A stretch of DNA of 64,000 bases from an uncultured delta proteobacterium (GCA_963789265.1 CAWBKB010000004.1:96001-160000); one strand, 5' to 3'. Numbered from the stretch's first letter, positions 1 to 10,118 are shown. Numbers and translations are program-made. The notes: generated by a model from the sequence alone, not told the origin.

Positions 1-659
1 GGAATGAACGGCGAGAAGTCTGAGTCGCCTATCTTGACCCACACCGGGTCGAGGACCGTCGCCTTGGGGTTGAATTTTGCCATTGCCGTCTTGAAGGCCT
101 TCAACTGATCGTGACCGTACGCATAATCGGGACCTGTCAGCGCGTACCGTTTATACGGCTTCGCGGACAGCGCCAAGGCCATGCCACGACCCTCTATTCC
201 GGTATTGGGCACCACCTGGAACATGTAACGCTGAAAATCCGTCGTGGTAAGCGATTCGGCATTTGAGGTCTGAAAGACCACAATCTTCTTGAGTTCCTTT
301 GCCACTTTCGTGATAGCAAGTGCCACGGCGCTGCTGGTGGGTCCAATAAGAAAGTCGCACTTTTCGTTGAGGATCAACTCCCTGGCCATGTTGGCGCCGA
401 CATCGGGTTTGAGGTGCGCGTCACGGACAATCAGCTCAAGCTTCTTGCCAAGCACGCCGCCCTTCGTGTTGGCTTCTTCAATAAACAGGTCGAGCCCGGA
501 TTTCTGGGATTTGTAAAAGGGTGCCGCGATTCCCCCCACGTCGGCCACAAATCCGAGTCGAATAGTGTCACTTGCGATGGCGCCACCAGAGGCGGCCAAT
601 CCAGCAATCAGCAACATGGACAAGAAGGCTGCAACGATTCCGAATCCCTTAAGTCTCAT
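1..659 (-). CDS. Branched-chain amino acid-type ABC transporter substrate-binding protein (LivJ/LivK-like), 3' end runs off the window
   Basis: Not in the ORF track. Manual translation from ATG 659: MRLKGFGIVAAFLSMLLIAGLAASGGAIASDTIRLGFVADVGG...EEANTKGGVLGKKLELIVRDAHLKPDVG...FLIGPTSSAVA. Signal peptide, PBP1 motifs, SD GGAGGG upstream. Confidence 0.88.
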   Translation of the reverse strand, partial: MRLKGFGIVAAFLSMLLIAGLAASGGAIASDTIRLGFVADVGGIAAPFYKSQKSGLDLFIEEANTKGGVLGKKLELIVRDAHLKPDVGANMARELILNEKCDFLIGPTSSAVALAITKVAKELKKIVVFQTSNAESLTTTDFQRYMFQVVPNTGIEGRGMALALSAKPYKRYALTGPDYAYGHDQLKAFKTAMAKFNPKATVLDPVWVKIGDSDFSPFI

Positions 660-781
660 ATTACCCTCCAAAGCTAAATGTTTGTGGGCTCGAGGAATCC
701 TCGGTCGGCCGAGTATCCTACCGCCCAAGCTGCTGTTTTGGCCCGCGCTTGTCGAGCCGGCAGGTACAATTACCGCGGTTA

Positions 782-1621
782 TCAATATGTTAAGACCATT
801 CCGCCGTCGAATAACAAATCGCCCCCCACTAGGTATCTTGCGTAACGAGAGAAGCCGAAGATGAAAAGATTCGCGGTTTCCGCAGGAGACATCATCTCCT
901 TAACCTGCGACTTGCCCATCATGATGTCCCGGACCACTTCTTCGGGAGTAATGGCCCGCTGTTCCGCCTGAGCCGGTATCTGGTTGAGGGCCAGCGGGGT
1001 CCTGACAAAGCCTGTACTGACCGAGAAAGACCGGATCCTCCCTTCTCCTTCCGCTGAGATTGATTGACTCAGCGCTCTGAGCCCGAATTTCGTGATGTTG
1101 TATACCGCCTTGTTCTTTGTGCAAATATGAGCGTGGACCGAAGCCATATTGCCGATGACTCCCGAGCGGTCGGAACTCCTTTTCATGTGGGGAATGCTCA
1201 ATTTGGAAAGATAGAATGGAGCACGCAGCATAATACGTTGCATGAGGTCATACTTCTCCATCGGGAAGTTTTCCACCGGGTCAATATGCTGGATACCGGC
1301 GATGTTGGCCAGATATTTAATGGACCCAAGCGTCGCAGCCTCCTGAACTGCGGCCTCGATATCATCATCTTTGGTGAGATCGGTCTCGATAAAAACCATT
1401 TGCCCGCCCATTTCACGGGCCATTTCCTGCGTCTTTCTGCCTTCCTCGCAGTTGATGTCGAGACCCACCGTCATCAAATTGTTGGCCGCGGCAGCAACGG
1501 CCGTTGCCCTTCCGATCCCGGTTCCGGCCCCGGACACCATGCAGACGTTTCTGAGGTTGAAATCGTCATCCACAAGGATGAGAATGTCTTCTCTTGCTAT
1601 TTTGGGCTCCCTGACATCCAT
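782..1621 (-). CDS. SDR oxidoreductase, D-3-hydroxybutyrate dehydrogenase-like
   Basis: SGAGTGIG cofactor motif, NIAGIQHIDPVENFP, ASVH and YNITK catalytic motif, typical of BdhA-like SDRs. Confidence 0.8.
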   Translation of the reverse strand: MDVREPKIAREDILILVDDDFNLRNVCMVSGAGTGIGRATAVAAAANNLMTVGLDINCEEGRKTQEMAREMGGQMVFIETDLTKDDDIEAAVQEAATLGSIKYLANIAGIQHIDPVENFPMEKYDLMQRIMLRAPFYLSKLSIPHMKRSSDRSGVIGNMASVHAHICTKNKAVYNITKFGLRALSQSISAEGEGRIRSFSVSTGFVRTPLALNQIPAQAEQRAITPEEVVRDIMMGKSQVKEMMSPAETANLFIFGFSRYARYLVGGDLLFDGGMVLTY

Positions 1622-1666
1622 AGTTCCTCGCCAAGTTTGAGTAAATTAGGCATCGCAGCGGAGTAA

Positions 1667-1681
1667 GCAAAATCGGAGCCA
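1667..1681 (-). promoter_or_regulatory. sigma54 -24/-12 promoter of the SDR/ABC operon
   Basis: Minus strand TGGCTC-CGATT-TTGC, 45 nt upstream of the SDR ATG and next to a divergent sigma54 activator gene. Confidence 0.7.
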
Positions 1682-1845
1682 AAGTTCGCTGCCGGCAACT
1701 CTCGCCACAAAGAATTACGGCGAGCGGCTCTCCAAGGTCATAAGATAAAGTGATCGCGAGTCTAACATTTCATTTGATATAGGCATATCGTTGCCGGATA
1801 ATGTAGAAGAGTGGATACATGCAGTAACTTTGATACAGGAACGTC

Positions 1846-3294
1846 ATGATGGGAAACGGCCGAGAAATCGATTCCCGCGGCACCGGGGATTCGAGGCGAT
1901 CCGAGCCCAAAATTCAAGTTCCGCGCGCGAGCCTCGACCAACTCGAAATGTACAAACTTATCCTGGACAGCGTCTACAATGGCGTCGTAGTGACGGATGC
2001 GTACGGATACGTGACACACTTCAACAAACCGTACGGGCAATTCCTCGGGGTCGATCCGGAAGCCCAAATCGGCAAACACGTTACGGAAGTCATTGAAAAC
2101 ACTCGTATGCACATCGTAGCAGAAACCGGTCAACCTGAGATCTGCTGGAGCCATCGGATCAAAGGTCAAAATATGGTTGTGCAGCGCATCCCGATAAAAA
2201 AGGATGGCAGGGTCATTGCGGTCTTCGGCCAAGTAATGTTCAAGGATATCAGCGACCTGAGCAAATTGGCCAAGAAGCTTTCTCTGTTGGAATCAAAAGT
2301 AGAGTTTTATGAGCAGGAGCTGATTTCTTTGCGCTCCACCCGCTACACCATCGACAGCATAGTGGGCGTGAGCGATCAGATGGTCAACCTGAAAAGAGAA
2401 GCGCTCAAGGCTGCTAGGACTCGACTGCCGGTCCTTATAACAGGCCGGTCGGGGACAGGAAAGGAGCTGTTCGCTCAGGCTATCCACTGTGCCAGCGGGC
2501 GCAGATTATATCCTTTCATTCGTATCAATTGTGCGGCAATACCGAAAGATCTATTGGAATCCGAGCTTTTCGGTTACGAAAGAGGGGCTTTTACCGGGGC
2601 CAGATCCGATGGGAAACCGGGCAAATTTGAGTTAGCCCATCACGGCACGGTTTTCCTTGATGAAATAGGAGATCTACCACTTGAAATGCAGCCGAAATTG
2701 TTGCGAGTCTTGGAAGAAAAGGAATTTGAACGTATTGGTGCCACTTCTTTGCTTCGGGCCGATTTTCGGCTGATTGCCGCCAGCAACCAAAATCTCGAAG
2801 AGATGGTCGGTCAGGGTCGATTTCGACAAGACCTTCTTTATCGCTTAAACGTCATACCATTACACATTCCACAGCTCAGAGAGCGAAGGGAAGATATTAT
2901 TCCGCTGTCATCTCATATACTAAGAGAAATCGTGGCAGACGCTGGTCTGCGTGAGATAAAAATCGATCCCCGGGCGGAAGAAGTTTTGAGGAATTATGAT
3001 TGGCCGGGAAATGTTCGTGAGCTGTCTAACGTTCTTGAGCGAGTCTCTTGTTCACTTGAAAAGGATACTATTTATCCTCGCGATCTACCGTTCTACCTGC
3101 ATAACAAGCGGGCAAATTCAGCCGAACCCAGTCGAGCTTCTCTCAAAGACGTGAAATCTGCCTCGGAAAAGGAAGCTATTCGCCACGCGCTGGCCGCCAC
3201 GAACAACAACAAGGCGCGTGCCGTGGACCTGCTGGGTATACATCGGACACTCTTGTACAAAAAGATGAAGAGGTACGGGCTGCCCTTGGATTGA
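1846..3294 (+). CDS. PAS-domain sigma54-dependent transcriptional activator (bEBP, Fis HTH)
   Basis: PAS N-terminus, GRSGTGKE Walker A, GAFTGA, FLDEIG, WPGNVREL, C-terminal LGIHRTLLYKKMK HTH. Confidence 0.95.
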   Translation: MMGNGREIDSRGTGDSRRSEPKIQVPRASLDQLEMYKLILDSVYNGVVVTDAYGYVTHFNKPYGQFLGVDPEAQIGKHVTEVIENTRMHIVAETGQPEICWSHRIKGQNMVVQRIPIKKDGRVIAVFGQVMFKDISDLSKLAKKLSLLESKVEFYEQELISLRSTRYTIDSIVGVSDQMVNLKREALKAARTRLPVLITGRSGTGKELFAQAIHCASGRRLYPFIRINCAAIPKDLLESELFGYERGAFTGARSDGKPGKFELAHHGTVFLDEIGDLPLEMQPKLLRVLEEKEFERIGATSLLRADFRLIAASNQNLEEMVGQGRFRQDLLYRLNVIPLHIPQLRERREDIIPLSSHILREIVADAGLREIKIDPRAEEVLRNYDWPGNVRELSNVLERVSCSLEKDTIYPRDLPFYLHNKRANSAEPSRASLKDVKSASEKEAIRHALAATNNNKARAVDLLGIHRTLLYKKMKRYGLPLD

Positions 3295-3367
3295 CACATT
3301 AATCCCCTACCTAACAGTAACATCTGTTTTCACGATTACGGGCCTTTGAGGGGGATGCTGGCCGCAA

Positions 3368-3577
3368 GAAACTGTCTCAAAACTATTTTGATGCCTAACA
3401 TCGTGCCACGATTGGATCTGATTCGTATAGTTGCTGCCCTCACCCCAACTCTCTCCGATAGGGAGAGGGAGCTGCACCAAAGCGGCTATTGAAGTCCCCT
3501 CGCCCTTTGGGAGAGGGATAGGGTGAGGGGATTACGTGGCACGATGTCGTCGTGTTCAAGGGTTTTGAGACACTTTC
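3368..3577. mobile_element. MITE-like element enclosing REP-like hairpins
   Basis: Outer IR GAAACTGTCTCAAAAC (3368-3383) / GTTTTGAGACACTTTC (3562-3577), 15/16 match. Inner IR ACATCGTGCCACG / CGTGGCACGATGT. Core CCCTCACCCC..GGGAGAGGG / GGGTGAGGGG hairpins. Confidence 0.65.
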
Positions 3578-3746
3578 GTAAAATGGGCGTGCCGTCCGTA
3601 CGATAAGTGATTTGTTCCAAGCAACGACAACGCGCCTCGGAACCTCTGGCTGGAAAACACATGTGCATCGTTCGTCGCCGGATCCACCAGCAGCGGTGCC
3701 GGCGCCAAACATGTCATAAAGTGGAAGGCTGAGACAGCGCCGCGAC

Positions 3747-3870
3747 CTAAGTACAGGTTTTCGTAAATACGTTCGCGAATTTGGGTGCCACTGCTGGGCA
3801 AGCCAGCAGTGGCACCCAACCAAAGGCGATTACCCCCACACGAGCTGGTATTTCGTATAACCATATTTAG
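3747..3870. repeat. REP palindrome within imperfect CTAA...TTAG inverted ends
   Basis: Perfect 17-bp IR TTGGGTGCCACTGCTGG-GCAAG-CCAGCAGTGGCACCCAA (3781-3819). A degenerate copy lies at 25490-25524. Confidence 0.7.
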
Positions 3871-4032
3871 GAAATAGAGTACTAGGCAAGAACCGTCCGA
3901 GCACGCGCTGGCTTTACACGCTGTAAGAAATACTGACATTGAAGACGTCCGGTCTCGTCGCGCGAATTGAAAGGCCAGAAAGAAATCACTGTGTTTAGAC
4001 GTTATTAAATTAGCAGAGCAGCTCTTCAGGAC

Positions 4033-4047
4033 TGGCACGGTCATTGC
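4033..4047 (+). promoter_or_regulatory. sigma54 -24/-12 promoter
   Basis: TGGCAC-GGTCA-TTGC, consensus match 46 nt upstream of the receiver gene. Confidence 0.75.
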
Positions 4048-4093
4048 TACATCCTGATTTCTGTCGCCTTTTGTTCCTTGAGAGCGTACTTCC

Positions 4094-4498
4094 ATGAACG
4101 CCCCATTCAGAATACTGATCACGGATCGGAACCGCCATGTGAGGGAGCTTTTACAGCGCGAGTTCAGGCACGCCGGATTTCAAACTCAGGTGGCAAAGGA
4201 CGGCCAAGAAGTCCTTACGATCATGGAGACCGAGCAACCGCCCGATCTGCTCATCCTCGACCTGGAAATGCCCCACGGAGACGGGCTGGAAATACTGCAA
4301 CGTCTCCAAGCGCATCCGGCCCCTCTCCCCGTAGTGATACATGCTTTCCTGGCGGAACATTCAAGTCAACCCGCTGTCGAGAAGGCAGCAGCCCTCGTAG
4401 AGAAGAAAGGGGACACCAATTGCTTGAAAGCAGCGGTCATGGAGGTGCTCAAGAAACATTATCCAAGCCGCTTTGAGGGCATGCTGGAGAAAGTGTGA
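4094..4498 (+). CDS. Single-domain response regulator receiver (atypical acidic pocket)
   Basis: RILITDRN...PDLLILDLEMP (phospho-Asp)...PVVIHA...VEKK. Confidence 0.85.
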   Translation: MNAPFRILITDRNRHVRELLQREFRHAGFQTQVAKDGQEVLTIMETEQPPDLLILDLEMPHGDGLEILQRLQAHPAPLPVVIHAFLAEHSSQPAVEKAAALVEKKGDTNCLKAAVMEVLKKHYPSRFEGMLEKV

Positions 4499-4653
4499 TC
4501 GCTGGAACTGCAAAGGTCTACTGTCACAAAAGAAAGTGGATCGAGGAAGAGAGAGCGCGAAGCGTGACTCCATTTCGGAAAGGGTCTAGTATAATATCCT
4601 AAGGAACCGGCTGAACTACCGGCCTCCGGAAAATTCCTGCAAGGAGTCCGCAT

Positions 4654-6063
4654 ATAGCTCCACGCGTAAAAGAAAGTATTATTATTTTCACGCGGTACCC
4701 CGAACCCGGCAAGACCAAAACCCGCCTGATCCCGGTGCTTGGGCGTGAAGGAGCGGCGGGTCTCCACCGCCGAATGACGGAATATGTTCTCGCACAAGCA
4801 GAGGTCCTGCGGACAAGACGCACGGTCGCAGTTGAAATATGCTTCGAAGGGGGCGATGAAGTCCAACTGAGCCACTGGCTTGGAGGTCATTTATCCTATC
4901 GGCGGCAAGAGGGAGGGGACCTCGGCATTCGTATGTGCGCGGCCTTCGAGCATGCATTTCTAGCTGGGGTGGAACGGGTTATACTTGTGGGAACAGACTT
5001 GCCAGGGCTCAACGACAAGCTGCTGGAACTGGCTCTTGAAGCCCTTCGAGACAATGACGTAGTCCTCGGACCTGCATGCGATGGCGGCTATTATCTCATA
5101 GGTCTGAAGCGGCTGTACCCCTCTTTGTTCCAGGGCGTACAATGGGGAACACAGGAGGTCTTGACGAAAACGCTCCGGATCGCCCATCGCAAAGGACTTT
5201 CGGTGAAGCTTTTGGAATCTATGGTCGACGTGGACCGTCCTGAAGACCTGGAAACCTGGGTCAAGGGCAAAACTTGCTTTCCGCGGCCCTCTCTTCCGTT
5301 TGATTCGGAGAGACAGGCCGCGTCTCGCGACGTTATTTCTGTGATAATACCAACGCTGAATGAAGCCTCCAACCTTACCGGCACATTGGACGCCGTGCGA
5401 GAGGCTGAAAGAGCGGAGATTATCGTCGTGGACGGAGGCAGCAGCGATCAAACAATGGAAGTCGCGCGGGCCTACGACGCGCGTAGCCTACAGGTCACGG
5501 CCGGTCGGGCAGCACAGATGAATGCAGGAGCCAGAGAAGCGCTGGGCGGAATTCTCCTGTTTTTGCATGCCGACACACAAGTACCGAAGGGGTGGGCATA
5601 TCTTGTTCGGACAGAACTGGACAAGCCAGGAATAGTGGGCGGAGCATTTACTTTGAAGCTCGATGAGAATGCGCGCTGGGCGGAAATAATCGAAAAGCTG
5701 GTGGATATTCGATCGCGTCGCCTGAAGCTTCCTTATGGCGATCAAGCTATCTTCGTACGAGCGGAACTCTTCCGCATTATGGGTGGATTTCCTGAGCTTC
5801 CGATTATGGAGGATTTCGAGTTTATGCGTCGTCTTCGGAGGAAGGGCCGAATAAGCATTGTGACAGAGACTGCCGTGACATCCGCGCGTCGTTGGAAGGA
5901 GAAAGGTGTCTGGTGGACCACCGCAGTCAATCAATTGGTGATTCTCGGGTACCTACTGGGCGTCTCACCACGGTTGTTGGCACGAATATATCATTTCAAG
6001 CCTTTCCGCGCCGATCGCCACGCGGCTCGGCCGAGAAAATCCTTTGTTCGGCCTTGGCCTTGA
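4654..6063 (+). CDS. Fused TIGR04282 + TIGR04283 glycosyltransferases (arsenosugar-associated families)
   Basis: N-domain IIFTRYPEPGKTKTRLIP, QEGGDLG, VGTDLP, LGPACDGGYYLIG, DVDRPEDL. C-domain GT2 SVIIPTLNE, VDGGSSD, GRAAQMNAG, FLHADT, PYGDQ, MEDFE, TSARRW. Start placed at in-frame ATA 4654 behind SD AAGGAG. Confidence 0.85.
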   Translation: MAPRVKESIIIFTRYPEPGKTKTRLIPVLGREGAAGLHRRMTEYVLAQAEVLRTRRTVAVEICFEGGDEVQLSHWLGGHLSYRRQEGGDLGIRMCAAFEHAFLAGVERVILVGTDLPGLNDKLLELALEALRDNDVVLGPACDGGYYLIGLKRLYPSLFQGVQWGTQEVLTKTLRIAHRKGLSVKLLESMVDVDRPEDLETWVKGKTCFPRPSLPFDSERQAASRDVISVIIPTLNEASNLTGTLDAVREAERAEIIVVDGGSSDQTMEVARAYDARSLQVTAGRAAQMNAGAREALGGILLFLHADTQVPKGWAYLVRTELDKPGIVGGAFTLKLDENARWAEIIEKLVDIRSRRLKLPYGDQAIFVRAELFRIMGGFPELPIMEDFEFMRRLRRKGRISIVTETAVTSARRWKEKGVWWTTAVNQLVILGYLLGVSPRLLARIYHFKPFRADRHAARPRKSFVRPWP

Positions 6064-6095
6064 AAGACAACGCCAGCCGCGAAAGGGGTCCGGCA

Positions 6096-7080
6096 TTGCG
6101 AGCATTGGTCACAGGGGCAACTGGTTTTATCGGAAGCCATCTGGCCGAGAAACTAGTGGAAAAGGGTTGGGAAGTCGTATGCCCGGTCCGTGATACGTCT
6201 AACCTGCGGAATCTGCACGGCATCCCGGCTCGAGTCATCCCTCAACGTGAACTGGACTTCGAACCGGGCAGGAATGGATGGTTTGATTATGTATTCCATT
6301 TGGCCGGGGCGACGCGCGCTCGCGATTACGCTTCTTATCGAGAAGCAAACGTCGAGTCCACCCGGCGCTTGCTGGAGCTGTTATCACAACCTGCTGCGCA
6401 TGCTTGCCTGAAAAGGTTCGTGCTGGTCGGCTCTCAGGCAGCATGCGGGCCGTCCTCCGGCAACGGAGCCGCCGTCATAGAGTCCGATCCGCTCCGGCCT
6501 ATTTCACTTTACGGGCGTTCCAAGGTTGAAGCGGAAGAAGTCGCCCTGGACTTCGCGGACCGAGTCCCTGTTACGATGATTCGTCCGCCGACAGTCTTTG
6601 GGCCCCGAGATGTGGATGTGTTGAGCATATTCAAGTGTGTGCGTTATCGGTTGGCTCCCTGTCTTGCAGGCCCGGACAGGATGGTAAGTATAATCTACGT
6701 GGAAGATCTTGTTGACGGCATCCTAACCGCGGCTCTGGCTTCAAAGTCGCGGGGAGAGATCTACTTTTTGGCAAACCAATACCCGGTGGTTTGGAGAGAA
6801 TTCGTGCTTCAGGTCGCCAGTATTTCCGGCGGTTGGGCTGTCACACTTCCCATGCCTCTTTTTGTGATGAAGCTTGCAGCATTAGTCGGTGACTTGCTCG
6901 GCAAGGTGCGAAAGACTACTCCACTCGTCAGGTCGGAAAAGTTCGAGGAAATGAAACAAATTGCTTGGGTCTGCTCTGCGGAAAAAGCCTATCGGGACCT
7001 GCAATGGCGCCCGAAAACCCCGTTGCCCGCCGCAATTGAAAAGACCCAAATATGGTATAAAGAAACACCGCTGGATCTAG
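6096..7080 (+). CDS. NAD-dependent epimerase/dehydratase (extended SDR), +1 frameshift near the 3' end
   Basis: TTG start behind AAGGGG. RALVTGATGFIGSHL, HLAG, YGRSK, RPPTVFGP. Removing one A at about 7063 gives ...WYKEHRWI* (TAG 7078-7080) and removes the overlap with tatC. Confidence 0.85.
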
Positions 7081-7096
7081 TACGGGGCCGCTTGTC

Positions 7097-7879
7097 CTAC
7101 GGTAAATCTTCCGCGGTTGCCTCTGCTGCTTCGGCGAGTTTTCTCTCTCGTTCTCTCCTCTTTTCAAGCATGTCCAGGACCCGTATGCCTATCTCGTAAA
7201 ACAGGAGCATCGGCAGAGCCATAAGAGACTGATTTATCACGTCGGGAGAAGGGCTGAGTATGGCAGCGATCACGAAAGCCAGCACAATGAAGTATCTCCG
7301 ACCCTTCTTCAGATGCTGGCTGCTAAAGAGTCCGAGAAGCCCCAGAAATACAATCACAATCGGTGTCTCAAAGATTGCGCCGAAAGCCGCCATCAGGAGC
7401 ACGACAAGGGAGACGTACTCCCGAATGGCCAACATAGGCTTCAGCTCTGGAGACACGTAGCCCAGAAAGAACTTGAAAGCGGCGGGAAATACGAGGAAAT
7501 AGGCGAAGGCCCCACCGGCGTAGAACAGCAACGTGGCACAAACTATAAACGGCAGAGCCAGCTTACGCTCGTGCTCGTGAAGGCCCGGATAAACGAATTG
7601 CCACAATTGGTACAGCACGTACGGAAGTGCCAAAAAAAGACCGGCAAAAAACGCTATCTTCAGATAAATGAAAAAGGGATCGGGAAGGCTGGTAAATACC
7701 AGCGCAGTGCCCGCGGGGAGGAGCCGGGTAATCGGCGCGGCGAGCATGCTGAATAAGCGCTGGCTGAATACTACGGATATTCCAAATCCGACGCAAATTG
7801 CCAAAACTGATCGTATCAGCCGCGTGCGCAGTTCTTCCAGGTGTTGGAGAAAAGGCATCCGCCCTTCGACGTCGTTCAC
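7097..7879 (-). CDS. tatC: Twin-arginine translocase subunit TatC
   Basis: MPFLQHLEELRTRLI, YQLWQFVYPGLHEHERK, FETP, RRYFIV..AAILSPSPD..Q..MALPM..YEIG. Confidence 0.96.
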   Translation of the reverse strand: MNDVEGRMPFLQHLEELRTRLIRSVLAICVGFGISVVFSQRLFSMLAAPITRLLPAGTALVFTSLPDPFFIYLKIAFFAGLFLALPYVLYQLWQFVYPGLHEHERKLALPFIVCATLLFYAGGAFAYFLVFPAAFKFFLGYVSPELKPMLAIREYVSLVVLLMAAFGAIFETPIVIVFLGLLGLFSSQHLKKGRRYFIVLAFVIAAILSPSPDVINQSLMALPMLLFYEIGIRVLDMLEKRRERERKLAEAAEATAEDLP

Positions 7880-8248
7880 AGTGGTGTCCTTCTCAAAAAG
7901 ATCTCGGCAGGCAGGGTTCTACTTATAGCAGTTCTCTAGAGTACTTTCCGAATGCGCACTCAGTTGTCTGAGACAAAAACCGGACTTAGCTGCACCCGGG
8001 TTCCGGCGCTCGACGTAATGAAGCCAAAACACAATCGGAAATTATTTTCAAGAATTGCCATAGTCCCGCACAGTCACGCGGTTCCGCTTTCTGCGGTAGC
8101 CTTAACTATTGTAACAATACTCTTTATGACTGTAACGTTCAAGCAGGGTGGAAACGCATTTCTTTCCCCAACGTTGAACCAATCCCTCGATCAGTACTCT
8201 TCACGTCCGAATCAGGCGGGATTGCATAACCGTCACTTGCCGCAACGG

Positions 8249-8647
8249 CTAACCCTGCGGAGCAAAAATGATAGCTCTGTACAAGGCCAGCCCTACCAGA
8301 AAATCGGCAAAGAGCACGCAATCGTCGGCAAACATGGATTCCAGCAGCCAGCTCAGGGGCTGGGCAGCCGGGCTGGCTTTGTAAGACCCTGCTATAGTAG
8401 AGAATATAGAGAAATCGGTCATCATTATGATGCCGACAAAAGCAAGGAAACTGTTGAGCAGTAACCCCCACACCGCGGTGCGCCTTGAAAGAAAGAGAAG
8501 GCTGACCATTACGACGTGAATCCCTGAAAATAATGAAGGCCAAAAATACGTAAGGGTTTTGGGAGGGTGAATCCGAAAGTGGAGCATGAACCCGCCCAAG
8601 CTCAGACCTAGCAGAGCAACCCACAATTGCCAGCGTTGTTCGCTCAT
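8249..8647 (-). CDS. Hypothetical four-TM membrane protein
   Basis: 132 aa, hydrophobic, with an FMLHFRIHPP motif. SD GAGGG overlaps the stop of the upstream microprotein. Confidence 0.75.
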   Translation of the reverse strand: MSEQRWQLWVALLGLSLGGFMLHFRIHPPKTLTYFWPSLFSGIHVVMVSLLFLSRRTAVWGLLLNSFLAFVGIIMMTDFSIFSTIAGSYKASPAAQPLSWLLESMFADDCVLFADFLVGLALYRAIIFAPQG

Positions 8648-8655
8648 AATTTCCC

Positions 8656-8757
8656 TCATTTAAAATGGATAGACGAACCCAGCAGGAACAGAAGTATTAT
8701 CGTGACCAGATGGAGAATCCAAAAGCCTGCTTTCGGATACATCAAGCGCTTCAACAT
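8656..8757 (-). CDS. 33-aa single-TM microprotein
   Basis: Not in the ORF track: MLKRLMYPKAGFWILHLVTIILLFLLGSSIHFK*. SD GGGGAG, starts 2 nt after the previous stop. Confidence 0.65.
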   Translation of the reverse strand: MLKRLMYPKAGFWILHLVTIILLFLLGSSIHFK

Positions 8758-8759
8758 GA

Positions 8760-8873
8760 TCATCTCCCCCACAATATTTGTGATGCAAGACGCCCGGCAG
8801 TGTAAACGATGCTAAATCCGACGAAATGGACCACCCACCATCTGAAAGAGAGAAACCGCCATTTCTTATTCAA
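8760..8873 (-). CDS. 37-aa single-TM microprotein
   Basis: Not in the ORF track: TTG start, MNKKWRFLSFRWWVVHFVGFSIVYTAGRLASQILWGR*. Strong SD GGAGGTGA. Confidence 0.65.
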   Translation of the reverse strand: MNKKWRFLSFRWWVVHFVGFSIVYTAGRLASQILWGR

Positions 8874-9300
8874 TTAGATCACCTCCCCCTGCATGCGCTC
8901 AGCAAGTCTTCAACAAGTGTGACCCGTAGATTCCTAATGTTTCGCTACTTTGGATTCCATGTACAATTAGTTGCCGATTTCCATACCACACCATGACGTA
9001 TCCGGCATATTTTTTGACTTGATTCTTATCTCCATTTCATTTCACAATTGCACATAGAGACCCTAGCGTCAACGGATACGCCTGGAAGCGGAAAGACACG
9101 CAATCGTGACGGTACGTGACACGGCTAGCGGGCATAATTACTTTGAAAATTGAGACTATCTATCAGTCCTAGTCACGTGCGCTTTATACGGGTTTTCAAA
9201 AATTCTGTCTTTTGGGGTTGGATATCAACGGATAAGGTTGTGCATTCCGTGAAAGCTCTCGAGATCAGCTTTAATATCGATTCTTTTGAAGGGGGAAATC

Positions 9301-9978
9301 ATGCAGGACAAGTTGTCCGCTGCAGTCGAATCAGGAAACAGCGATGAGGTTCAACGCTTGTTGGCTGGCGGGGCCAGTATAAATGCAAAGGGATCCGACG
9401 GCCTCACCGCTCTCATGAGAGCTTGTCTCAAAGGCCATGCGGCAGTGGCAAGAGTCCTCCTTGATAAAGGGGCCGACGTGGACGTGCAGGACAACTATGG
9501 TTGGTCGGCCTTGTTATGGGCGTCTTCGTTGGGCCAAGTGGAAATAGCGAAAATGTGCATCTCAAAGGGAGCCAATCTTGGAGTCAAAGACCAGTATGGA
9601 GCTACATCTTTGATGAAAGCCGCCCGACGGAATTACCCGGATGTGGTGAAGCTTTTGATCGGGAGCGGCGCTGATGTTAACGCCAAGGACAGCATGGGGC
9701 GCACAGCCTTAATGAGGGCAGCGCGCAGAGGATATTCAGAGGTCGCTAGGCTGCTTTTGGATGCCGGGGCTGACACCGAGGAGTCGGACGAACGCGGCGC
9801 CACTGCTCTCATAATCGGCGCATCTGAAGGCCAAGTGGAGACGGTCAAAGTGCTTCTGGAGTTTGGGGCTGCGATCCACGCACGCGATAAGAACGGCTGG
9901 ACCCCATGGTTATGGGCCTTTTCCGCCGGCCATGCGGAAGTAGTGAAACTGCTGAAAACTTATGGGGCTGAATACTAA
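9301..9978 (+). CDS. Ankyrin repeat protein
   Basis: About six GxTALMxA...G..EV.K.LL..GADV repeats. ATG 9301 behind GAAGGGGG. Confidence 0.93.
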   Translation: MQDKLSAAVESGNSDEVQRLLAGGASINAKGSDGLTALMRACLKGHAAVARVLLDKGADVDVQDNYGWSALLWASSLGQVEIAKMCISKGANLGVKDQYGATSLMKAARRNYPDVVKLLIGSGADVNAKDSMGRTALMRAARRGYSEVARLLLDAGADTEESDERGATALIIGASEGQVETVKVLLEFGAAIHARDKNGWTPWLWAFSAGHAEVVKLLKTYGAEY

Positions 9979-10118
9979 TACTGCTGTAGTTTTCCGTTTT
10001 ACAGCCTGTAAAAAATTACAACAGCCACCCATTTTAGACTTGAGCCGAAATTGCCTCGTCTACTAATTATACGTTTCAATTTCAAATAGTTATTCGGTCT
10101 GTGCCAAGGATTTCATCT

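Noticed and set aside
3440..4122. ORFs across 3.4-4.1 kb (likewise 21157-21396 and 60083-60487)
   Set aside because: They are translations of REP/MITE sequence, not protein-like.
7081..7199. 103-nt convergent overlap of epimerase and tatC
   Set aside because: It disappears when the single extra A at about 7063 is removed, giving a natural end WYKEHRWI*.
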